Assembly: GCA_905331485.1 (NCBI GenBank)
Contig: CAJNYT010000045.1
Coordinates: forward strand, 4,015 to 39,825
Reading direction: 5' to 3'
Source of the DNA: Rotaria socialis
Lineage: Eukaryota
Length of the DNA stretch: 35,811 nt
Both the position numbers and the translations under genes were made by a program. The notes below the pieces were generated by a model. It ran no database searches. It worked only from the letters and a program-made list of their open reading frames with translations, and had not been told where the DNA came from. Shown in pieces: positions 1 to 10,567 of this stretch (the stretch's first letter is position 1; the number at the start of each line of letters is the position of its first letter).

Positions 1-553
1 TGGAAACGTAACGCTGTGACACTTTTTCTCGTGAATTTAACATCTACTTTTTAATTAATGTTGATTCGTCTTAATCAGTTGTTTTTACATATTCATACAG
101 AACTTTTCTACGACTTTTGTCACAAAAGACCTTCTTAGCACCTATAAACATCTATAAGATCTGTGTCTGACTTGAAAATTTTGCATCCAGTCAACTATAC
201 TACTGATAAGTATTCGAAGTTTTCTTGGAGACTCTTAGCCACTAGAATTCAAGCGCTTGAGATCTTAAAGACTAGTGTTTATCCAGCTTGGGACGAAGAC
301 CCGGTCTCCTTTGAGCTGGGTAGTTTTATTTATTTTTTATTTCAAAGTTTTATCTTATCAAGTTATTTTTCAACATTTCGAGTAATATATCTTTTCGTAG
401 TTTTCAGTTTTTCAACATTTTTGCCTACATCAATAGAACCGTGGTTAGAAAAATATTTTTCTCTTTTTTTCATCTCATCATTAAGGCACACAAAGAAAAA
501 AACAACAATACCTAAAAATAAAAGTAGTAACAACTATGAAAACCTATGTACAA

Positions 554-2365
554 TCAATATTTTACGCTTTTTCTTTGAGCACACATAGAATAATAACTAA
601 CCTCTAATTCATTTTCATTAACTACTTTAACATAATGCACCTTTTGTGTTTCCGGGACAGATTTTGCTGTTTTAAAAAGATTTTCCAGTTTAATTTTCGA
701 TTTCTGAATTTCGTCAATATTTATTTCAGTAACAATTATTTTGTCAGTTTTCTTTCTTGCGAGTTTAATAAAATCTTCAACTGACCGACATACATCTCCC
801 GGTAATATAGCTGACCAAACAAGACGTTTTACAACACCTCCAATACCATCGACTACACCTTTGCCATGAGAAGTTGCAAAAAAATTCCAACTAAAATCAA
901 TGTTTCTCTCGTTTGCAATTCTCGTTAAATTTCGAAAATGATAGTGCTGCTTCAACTGGGAAGCAGCACCATCAGAAAAAAAATTTATTTCTGTAACATT
1001 TGAAATAACTGATTCAACATGATTTTAAATAATTTCCAAAGCAGAATTCACAACAAATTTATCATGTGTTACATCCGATGATGGTAAAGCAAAAGAAAAA
1101 TTTTCCGTTTTCGATCAGACAAAGCAGTAAATATACTCAATGATTTTGAGTTCCAATGAGCTTGTTGAATCTCGTCCTGCTCTTTCATACTAAAGTTCTC
1201 GGCAAAATCAACTTGTAATACAACTTTTTCATCAGTAACTTCAGTTTTTAATTTTTCGAAATGCCTTGATTGCTCTCGTTTGATATATACGTGAAACAAA
1301 AAACATTCAACTTTCGATTTTAACAAGAGAACTGCTTCATCAACAGTTCCTGAACTCTTTTTTTTTCTGCACAACCACATTCATTCATCCATTGTGACCA
1401 AGTTATTTTAGCACTACCAATTGACACCTGTTCTTCAACCTTATCCGAAAAGAAATTTTCACAAATTACACAACAACCAAACATAAAATCTTCGTTATTA
1501 GTACTACACACCAAACATAAAATCTTCGTTATTAGTACTACAAACCAAACTATAGTAAATGTTTCTAAAGACGAACAATAATTTCCACCAACATATTTAT
1601 CAAGAGATTTCAAAAGCAAACAAATATTTTCATGATACACACATAGGCAATTTCTATGTGCTAATGCAGCTTTTGGAATAACAAATACTGGTCTTAATTC
1701 GGCAAATGGTGAACGACTTAAATTAACATTTTTATTCTCCTCTTTAAAAAATTCATAATTTTCACGTAAACTATTAAGCAAAATTCGTTTTTGATAAGTT
1801 ATTTTGCTTCCATCATCTTCTTTAGCAACAACTACATCTCTTTTTCATGGCAGTTGATATGAAATATCATTTCGTACATAAAAATTATGAACATCATCTT
1901 TTAGCTTATCAGCAAGTTTAATTGAAGTACGTTGATGTTTAGATTTAGAGAGCAAGCAAAACTTTTGAGCAAGATGTTGAACAATAACTTTTTTCTTGTT
2001 ATCACATTAGGCAATGATGAATTTACTTTTTTCAATGTTTTACTAAATGATTGATGAGTTTTAAACGTACGTACAGAAGGAATATTAATGAGACGTTTTC
2101 TTTTGTTTTCTCGACATTTTTGTTGACGATTTTTTGCTCGTAAACGAAATTTAGCTAAATCTACCTCTGTTAATTTTGTTCTTATTGAATTATTACACCC
2201 AGGTCGAGCATTACGACGACTAGATACGGCCGTAAACGGTCGTTTACGGTGACGTATACGGCCGTATACGCCGAATTTACGACCGTATCCGGCCCGTATT
2301 TTAACGTTTTGGTATGCGCCGTATATCGCCGTGTCGTATACGGTAGTACACACCAACCGTTTCAA
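554..2365 (-). pseudogene. Frame-shifted transposase-like coding relic (unclassified DNA transposon), truncated by the window edge
   Basis: Four consecutive minus-strand ORFs in different frames (554-955, 1069-1380, 1320-1781, about 1900-2110) read as one interrupted protein. Motifs include VLQVDFAENFS...QDEIQQAHW...SLSIFTA and ATSHGKGVVDGIGGVVKRL, which resemble catalytic-core blocks of eukaryotic DDE-type transposases; the family is not recognised. Several frameshifts are needed to join the pieces. The adjacent CG-rich motif array at 2220-2470 is a plausible subterminal-repeat region. Confidence 0.35.
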
Positions 2366-2470
2366 ACTCGTATCCGACCGTATACGGCCGTATCATAAAC
2401 AGCAAACGACCAAACACTGCAACTTAAACGACCGCACCAACATCGTGACCGACCGTATACAGCCGTAATT
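2220..2470. repeat. CG-rich array of short palindromic motifs (CCGTATACGG, CGTAAACGGTCGTTTACG); candidate transposon subterminal repeats
   Basis: Repeated copies such as gaccgtatacggccgtat, gccgtatacgcc, cgtaaacggtcgtttacgg within 250 bp, in an otherwise AT-rich and CpG-poor context. The array abuts the 5-prime end of the transposase-like relic on the minus strand. Confidence 0.5.
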
Positions 2471-2719
2471 CTGAAGAAAAAAAATACATTCCTAAACCCC
2501 TCTCATCAATAGTGCGCACACTACAGACATCAATTCTACTAAATTTCCATAGGAATCACTCTAACCAAATGCAAGCAGTAAGAAAAACCTACTCCAAATC
2601 ACACAATAATTAGACAAATCATACTTCCAACAGATCTTGTCGGAGCACTCTCTATAACCTAACATACTCGCCCGCATCTAAAGTAAACTCCATATGATTT
2701 CCCGCGTATTCTGCAGTAA

Positions 2720-2960
2720 GGATCACGAGAAATCTGAAAAATACAAAAAGCATCAAAGAAACCCTGCAAAAATCACCTTTTGAAGGAAGGATCGTAGAGA
2801 ATCGTGGAAAGCAGCATTCGATAGCCAGCATCAAGAGATCCATATTGGGAGATTTCTGCTCCATCTTGCAACAGGGATCATGAGAAATCTAAAAAATACA
2901 AAAAGCATCAAAGAAATCTTGCTAAGATCACCTTTTGAACGTAGGATTAGTGAAGATGAT
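2720..2960. repeat. Tandem repeat, 2 units of about 153 bp
   Basis: ggatcacgagaaatctgaaaaatacaaaaagcatcaaagaaaccctgcaaaaatcaccttttgaagg... recurs as gggatcatgagaaatctaaaaaatacaaaaagcatcaaagaaatcttgctaagatcaccttttgaacg... Confidence 0.6.
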
Positions 2961-3486
2961 GTCAAAAAATACCAAAAAATCGATATAGGGTAATAAAAGT
3001 AATAGCATGCTGGGAAACGGTTGAAAAATTTAGAAGAATGAGCGAAATCGAATATGTTCAGTATGGATTAGCTTCAAAGTTTATCTCGGTTGTAAGGGAA
3101 AAGGATGTTTTTGTATGATTTAGTCGGACAGGTCAAGTGGAATTTCAAATTCTGCCAGATATAAGGCTTGTAGAGATTATTGGGAATCTATCTATACTGT
3201 TATTTGTGGTGGAGATGTATAGGAATTCTTGGATGTTGTACATTCTGGCAGTGCAGTTTCTGATCTGTTGCTGTAATCGTGAAAAATGATTTGATGCTGA
3301 AATCAGTTTTGCCCAAAGTCTGGTTTTTGATAGAAAGCGGCTTTGGTGAACTTCAGGTCCAATGGGACACCGGAATGAGGGAGAAGTAGCTTGATGTAAA
3401 TGAGTTTGAAAAGTTTTGGAGGTTGAGAAATGATTTCGTGGACTTGGTAATATTCACTTAAAAGGGGGCACGTCATATCTTCTGCC

Positions 3487-3770
3487 CTTACCCATAACGT
3501 TTTTAGATGCTGAAATCCTGCTTTTGGATTTCTGAGTAAAAATGTTCCGGAATTGGCGGAGTTTGTGGCAAATGCTCTATTCATGATATTTCTACTCGAT
3601 AAATGATCTCCTGGGCTCTCTAGGTCGAAGTGCTAAGGTAGGACAGTTCATGTCGTTCTCTCCTTACACATAACGTTTAGATGCTGAAATCCTGCTTTTG
3701 AATTTTTGAGTAAAAGTGATCCGTAAATGATTGGCTTTGTCGCAGATGCTCTATTAAAGATGGAAACAGA
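3487..3770. repeat. Tandem repeat, 2 units of about 174 bp
   Basis: ...ccttacccataacgtttttagatgctgaaatcctgcttttggatttctgagtaaaaatg... recurs from about 3661 (...ccttacacataacgtttagatgctgaaatcctgcttttgaatttttgagtaaaagtg...). A partial third occurrence of the gatgctgaaatc core lies near 3295. Confidence 0.55.
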
Positions 3771-4940
3771 TGATTGATGAAACTTCTTTTGATAAATGAT
3801 GAAAGATTGAAGAATCCGGAAAATGTGTCAGAAATCACAATGAGAAATCATAGAAATAATAAAGGAGCACTGAGATTCTTGTGGTGTATAGAGTTTTGGT
3901 TTCTGAATAAATTTTTTGTATAATTGTGTTGATAGAGAGTAAGCTATAACGTTATTCAATATAGTAGCCAGACCTTGCATCACTTTTGCGCTGCAACATT
4001 GACAATGATTTATCAGTTCAGACAGTATATCTTGATGTTTCTATGATTTTTTCATCTTAACTATTTAAGTTTCGAGTAGGGGATATGCCTGACGCAACAG
4101 GCTTGTACAAATAGTGAGACTCTTCACGATAAAACGATTGACGGACGTTGTTGTCATATAAGCTGGAATGAATTATATCTATAGTAAGCTCTATAGTTCC
4201 TGATTTATGAGCTGATTTATGAGAATGTTCCGGGGTATTTCAGAACTTCACCACCGAATTTCGGAGTTTTCCGCACAATAGAGAGTTCTGGCTGTGTTAT
4301 GGTTTATTTTGATATTCTACCTGTATATTTCCCGTGATTAAAACTGAGAAAAAATAGCATTTAAATGATTTTGCTGTCATAAAAAGTGATGAAAATTAAA
4401 ATATTTCTGTCTGATGGAGAATCAAATTGATATCAAAACTAGTTAAATTTCTGATGACAGATTTAATCAGATTGTTCGATTTTTGAAGGTTTGTATCCTA
4501 CTAATATGAGATTTCTTTCATTAAAATCTGTTCAATTTTTTCTTGGAATTAATTGTGTTGATTTCTGATTAAAAATCGGATTTCAGTTGATGTAATGTTC
4601 AAAATTTATACTAACTCGATTATTTTTTGAAAAAAGATACTTGAAGAAATATAAGATTGTGATACCCTCTTGATAGAAAAAATCGTGATTTTCGCACGTT
4701 CGTGAAGTTAGCATCGTATTCGAGTGAAACCTTTCTGTATTGTTTTGAGCTATCGTTCCAACACGCATACTCATGTTCCGAGTAGAATTTCTTATGCTCT
4801 ATCGAATGGTATATTTGGATTAACTTGATGTCGACGCGTTCTCCTGAATTTTCGAAAAAACCCAAAAAATTCTAGAATTTGTTTTGTAAAATCAGATTTT
4901 TTATCTTGCTGAAAATGGTCCCAAAAATCTCCAAATACTG

Positions 4941-5292
4941 TTTTTGTGTACTCAAAAAGTGAGTACACTACTAAAATAGGTCAGTGTGTCCGTCCGTCCG
5001 TCCGTCCGTTCATTCGATAACTCTTCACAATTACATTCGATTGATTTAAAATTTTGTGCACACAATGGTCTTGTCAATATCTAGGTCGAGTTCGAAGATG
5101 AGAAGGATTCGTCAAGAAATGACTGAGTTATCAAAAAAATGATCACTTTTTATCAGACTATCCCTGAGAGGGAGTACAGGGATTTTTTCAAAAAAAAACT
5201 TTTTTCAGTATCATTCACAACATACATGAATCGACTCAGTTTTTGCAGTACACATAACAATTGGATGCAAATCCGATGTTTCCACATTTATT
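4941..5292 (+). mobile_element. Interspersed repeat family, copy 1; internally deleted derivative of about 350 bp
   Basis: Starts tttttgtgtactcaaaaagtgagtacac (a 9-bp stem hairpin, gtgtactca/tgagtacac) and ends ...gtttccacattt, like the copies at 9500 and 23380. It lacks about 175 bp of internal sequence present in the other two copies. A (GTCC)5 microsatellite sits at about 4988-5010. Confidence 0.6.
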
Positions 5293-5849
5293 TTCTTATG
5301 AAATTCTAGCACCATACTCGCCAAAGTCGTTGTTCTGAGTACTCACTCATGATCGTAACACAACTTGAGTAGATCTATTCAATGATTTCGGCAGATTTTT
5401 CATAGCTCGAAGTAGGATCTTCTGAGATTTCTTCAGTATTATCTTATCAGTGGGTGAAGTCTAATTTCGAGCTACGGAAAATATGTGAACATGACTGGAT
5501 AGTGTTCATCGAGTTCCACTTGGAGCATAGGTACGAGAATTGGAACATTGGTCGAAGTGACTATGGCCGAATTTTACAAAAAAAAGCATTTCAGGATTTT
5601 TTGGATTTTTCGAGATTCCAGGAGAATGGTGCAAGTCTAGTTAATCGAAATATACTATTCGGTAGGATATACGAGGTTCTACTAGTAATATGAGTATGGA
5701 CGTTGGAAAACTAGCTCTAAAGAGCATCGAAAGGTTTACTCGAATGCGATGCTAACTTCACCTACCAGATGGTCACTTAATACTTCTTACTGAGATAGCT
5801 TGAGTAAACTACAATCTAAAAAATGCTACTATACTTTAAGCGAGCAGCT

Positions 5850-6135
5850 AGTCATCGTAAACGATCGTTTACAAAAGTATACGATAGAAAAGCGGCAATC
5901 GTTTCTTGGAATTTTTACGGTCATCGTAAACGACCGTTTACTGTGATATCCGACAGTCGTTTACGGTTAGCGTTTAGTTACGATGGCCGTTCACGGAGAT
6001 TTTTCACGGTCCTCGTTTACAACGATCGTATTTCATCGTATAACTTCGTTTACGGCAACAGTAAACGACTAAAAAATACGGTCGCCGTTTTTCATCGTGA
6101 ATGATAGGTATACGGCCGTTTACGGCTCAGGTTGA
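5850..6135. repeat. Second CG-rich array of CGTAAACG / CGTTTACG / TATACGGCCGTTTACGG palindromic motifs
   Basis: catcgtaaacgatcgtttac, catcgtaaacgaccgtttac, cagtcgtttacgg, ggtatacggccgtttacggc. Same motif vocabulary as the array at 2220-2470. It could be the other terminus of an element or a solo terminus. Confidence 0.45.
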
Positions 6136-7207
6136 TCGACCTGGGACTTTGCATTTCCTATGCAAGCTCGATAGTTTCATTTCTCGTTTAAACGAATTTT
6201 TTCTGACTTTCCACTCTCGAGACCATCGTTTAGAGGAAAAACAATATTTATTCCTTTTGTTCTACTCCTGCTCTCATCGACAAAAGTCATTCAAAAAAAT
6301 GATGTAGGTCAGTTAGAGAAACTCTCATTGAGTTTATTGAACGTTAATTTATTTAGGATATGAATACATTTGAATTGTTTTTCATAATAGAATCCTGTTG
6401 TTTTAATTATTGAGTCATGCATTTCTATTTTGAACAGTACTGCATGAATTCAAAAACGAAATCCAGCGCAACTAAAGAATGAATGCAATGGCAACATATG
6501 GGAGGTTAAGTTCTTATGTCACAAGTGCCCTAAAAAAACACACTTGTCTTCATGGATACTCGGTTGTGTCAATTCGCATCTGTCACCAATAAACAGAACG
6601 ATACTATTATTGGAAGAGCCAGTAGGTGGCTTTTTCCTCGTATTTTTAAGGAATTTCTAAAAGATCATCTTCTCTAGTGCAATAAATAAATATCGATATC
6701 TCTACTATTGTATCGCTAATCGCAATTTTTTTAATGTAAAAAATGTCGTATCAATATATCTTTAGGGTATCTAGTTTAATTCTTGAATTAAAAATATAGT
6801 ATATTTATTTATTCAATCGTTAAGAAGCTTTTTTTCTTCTTCAAGTGGACATCTAACGATAATTGAATTGCTTCATATTTTGAAAGTTCATCGAAACTAA
6901 CTAACGAGATGCTGAGAATTGCAGATACTAGCGGCATTAATACGATTGGTGATTTTTTAACAAATAAATAATTGCACGAGTCGCTCGCTGAAGAAACAAA
7001 ACAAACTAACTATATATCTGATACGCGATTTACAGAATAAGAAAGAAAAATACTGTTAATTCGTTTAGTTTATGACAAGACGACGTTAAACAACTACATT
7101 CTTATTCGAGATTCTTGCTATTGAATAATCTATGATCACAAATTTTTAATTTACCTTAAGAATTCGTGAAATATGAATAAAATTTCTCTATAAATCTATC
7201 GTTAATC

Positions 7208-8877
7208 ATGCCGTTAACAAGTTTATCTGACGTTGTTCCAGATCGAACCAATGTTTTACATTCAACGGACAAACTTGGTCTTGATGGTCAACGAGGTTTA
7301 TATCATTCAATGGCGATAATAATCCTTATTGTGTGGTATATTTCATCGGCGGCAACATTATTTTCAAATAAATATATATTAAGTCATTTGGATGGTGACA
7401 CTTTTTCATTAGGTATTGAAATAGACACATCTACTATGTTCCGCTTTCAACTAAAATTTCGAATTTCTTTTTGCAATTTAAGGCACAATTCAACTTGTTA
7501 TTTCCATAATTAGTGGTTATATACATTTACTATTTGTAAATAAATTTCGTAGTCCATTAAATAGAAATTCAATGGTGATGAAAAATGTATACCGTGATAT
7601 GATATTAATCGGCGCATTTCGTTCTGTGACTATTGTTTTAGGTTTAATTGCTCTGAAATATATAGCTGTATCATTTGTAGCAACAATAAAATCTTCTTCT
7701 CCGCTATTTACCGTTATTATTAGTCGAATTATACTTGGAGAAAGAACAAGTAAGAAACATTTTTTTGTTAAATAATTTTTAAGAATAACTATTCTCTTGT
7801 ATTTTAGCTCATTGGACTAAATTTTCAATGATACCAATCACACTTGGCTTATGTTTATGTAGCTCATTTGAATTAAGCTTTAATTTAAGTGGATTTTTGT
7901 GTGCATTAGGGACAAATATATTTGATTGGTAAGAGATGATTATACTGTTATTTTGTAGAAATAGTACCAACGACGGAGCCTGCTTCAGAACTTAGACTAT
8001 AAGCGAAGACAATTCTTCAAGTGAAAGTTTAGGTCACAATAGATTTTTTGTCTGGCTCCATCATTAATTTGTAGTGAAGGTTAGAAACAAAGCTCATCAA
8101 TTCTTGAGTTTTCCATATTTAGCATGCGACCGTTTGTCTCTCTCTGGACCTATATTCTGATTAATATAATTCGATTTGAACCATAGAATAATTAACTGTA
8201 CTGTTTAATTCCGGTCTCGCATATCTCTAATCGTGACAGACGAAACATTGCAAGTTTTGAGTCCGAGAGTAATATTGATTTAATTTAATCTGATAAATCG
8301 AACAGATATGAAAATTCACTGATTTTTTTCCACGATTCGAATTTTCTTTTTATTTCAGTTTACAAAATGTTTATTCTAAATTGTTAATAAGTGGTGAACA
8401 TTATCGTTATACAGCTATCGAATTACAATTTTGGGCTAGTCTTTTAGCATGTATTTTTCAATTACCTTTACTTATTTATTATGTTGATATTCCGTTAGCA
8501 TTAACATTAACTTCGAAAACATTAGCTCTTTTATATATTTTCAATGGATTTTGTTATCATATACAAGCCGTCGCTGCTTTTGCTATCATGGCTTACATAT
8601 CGCCAATAACACACAGGTAAAATAGAAACGATGCCTCGTCGTATTATTTACAATTTTCGTTTTTTTTTCTACTAGTGTTGCGAATACTATAAAGCGTGCA
8701 TTAATGATATGGATATCAATTATTATATTTCATAATCCGGTGACATTTTTAAGTGGTGCAGGAACATTTATTGTTATGCTTGGTGTGATTCTATACAATG
8801 AAGGAAGAGATGTAGAGAAAAAACCTAGAATCGTAAATATTGATAGTCCGACAATGATTACATGGCGACATGTTTAA
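7208..8877 (+). CDS. SLC35E-like solute carrier (nucleotide-sugar / triose-phosphate translocator family), at least 5 exons
   Basis: Exons: 7208-about 7412 (or 7437), about 7565-7749, 7808-7928, 8359-8616, 8676-8877, with stop TAA at 8875-8877. Spliced product contains [153 protein letters not shown]. These match the conserved TPT/SLC35E blocks (NKxILS, PxFTVxxSRxILGE, LQNVFSKKLL, HSVANTxKRA). The exon1/exon2 junction could not be phased unambiguously. Exons 3-5 are phase-consistent with canonical splice sites (gtaaga, ttatttcag, ttttctactag). Confidence 0.75.
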
Positions 8878-9499
8878 ACCGACGATAAAAAGGCGAGTTT
8901 CATATGATAGTATTCTAATCGACAAATTAATGTATAATCACAACGAATATTATCATACCCAACAGACTATATATTTATTATATTCGCATTGAACGTTTTT
9001 TGTTTGACATTTGTAATCGACTTTATGCACATTTACGTGAATTTATTTGTTAAATCACAACGATATTGAAAAATAACGATAATAAATAAATAATGTTTTC
9101 AATACAAAACTACGTATTTAAGCTTTTATAAAAGAAAAAAAAATGTGGCATTATTATTAGAAGTCATTCAGAAGATAAATGATGTATTGAAACAATAGAC
9201 AACAAGGAAAAAAGTGATGCCAACTAATATACTATAAACCTGTTATTCTAGTTCTTTCAGTGCATTTTACAGCGAATCAAATTATTGATGAGTGCTATTT
9301 CTCTATCGTATTTTATATTTTCGAGGTCAAATATAAAAATGGGTAGTGACTTTTGACTAAAAAAAGATGCTAACTTTAACATGAAAGGCAAGTCATTTCT
9401 ATTCACTATAACACTCAACTGTATTGTATAGCACAAATCCATTTTTTTGTTGAATATTTTTAACAAATAATTCTCAACACTACTTTCAATTAATTTGAT

Positions 9500-10030
9500 C
9501 TTTTTGTGTACTCAAAAAGAAAAGAGTACACTATAGAATCGGACAGTGTGTCCGGCCGTCCGTTTATTCGATAACTCTTCACAATTACATTCGATTGAGC
9601 TGAAATTTTGCGCACAGAATTATCTCATCAATATCTAGGTCGAGTTCGAAGATGAGAAGGATCCGTCAAGAAATGGTTGAGTTGTCGAAAAAATTGTCAT
9701 TTTTGATCAGACCATCCCTGAGGAGGGGTACAGAGATTTTTCAAAAAAAACTTTTTTTTCTCAGAATTATCAACAACATATAAAAATCGAGTCAGTTTTT
9801 AACGCTGATGACAAATCTGATATTAGTTTTGAACTAAGCCATAGCTTTCTAACGAAACATCGCCTGAAAAACGTCTCAAAATGCACAAAAACTGCATCCA
9901 GAAATCAAATTGCCTAGTTTCTCATGATAATTTTCGTGTTCAGACATTCTAGAATGACTCATATGTCGCATGCACTTTTTGCAGTACACATAACTCTCGA
10001 ATGAAATCCGAAGTTTCCACATTTTTTTAG
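9500..10030 (+). mobile_element. Interspersed repeat family, copy 2; full length about 530 bp
   Basis: Same termini (tttttgtgtactcaaaaag... / ...ccgaagtttccacattt) and internal sequence as copies 1 and 3. The hairpin stem has diverged (gtgtactcaaaaagaaaagagtacac). Confidence 0.6.
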
Positions 10031-10497
10031 CATGTATTTTATCAAAGTTCGCTTTCTAACACCTGTTTTATCGCCAAACAGTCATAAGGTTATTACAAAC
10101 TACTGGAGTATTTGCGTCATCAACACATTCTATTGTGAATATTTGTGACATCTATATTAGTCATATAGAAAATTTCATGTTGCATTGAAAAGAAAAATTT
10201 TATTTCTTCCTTCTAGGCAAAGATATTCAGTGTCAAATATAGGGCTCTTGCGTTCTTCTCCAATTCACTCTCTGCATAATCTGTTTTTCAACCCTCTATT
10301 TTCTCTTACTTTTTTTTATACGCAGAATAAATCAACCTCGTTATATGCCAATGCATTAGTTGTTATTGCTATTTAGTCTTGCAATCTTATCTGCAGTCAT
10401 TTCATAACGTTGGTGAAAACTTGTCAGTCCCTCTACACAACCCTTCTCCTTCTATTTCACATACACAATATTCCCTAATTGTGTTGACATTCTCACC

Positions 10498-10510
10498 TAT
10501 ACATAAAAAG
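10498..10510 (+). promoter_or_regulatory. TATA-like element (tatacataaaaag) about 60 bp upstream of the MVP-1 ATG
   Basis: Position relative to the start codon at 10568. Sequence only. Confidence 0.25.
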
Positions 10511-10567
10511 GACTTCTTCTACTGCCGTCATTCTGTTTCAGATTCGCATTACTAGTAAAGAATAAAA

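Noticed and set aside
163-588. Plus-strand ORF of 141 aa
   Set aside because: AT-rich and low-complexity, with no recognisable motifs. It overlaps, in antisense, the minus-strand transposase-like relic.
5080-5110. GGTCGAGTTCGAAGA inside the 530-bp repeat, resembling a tRNA B-box or T-arm
   Set aside because: No matching A-box at the right spacing, no cloverleaf, and no A-rich or T-rich Pol III tail. The SINE/tRNA origin is not supported.
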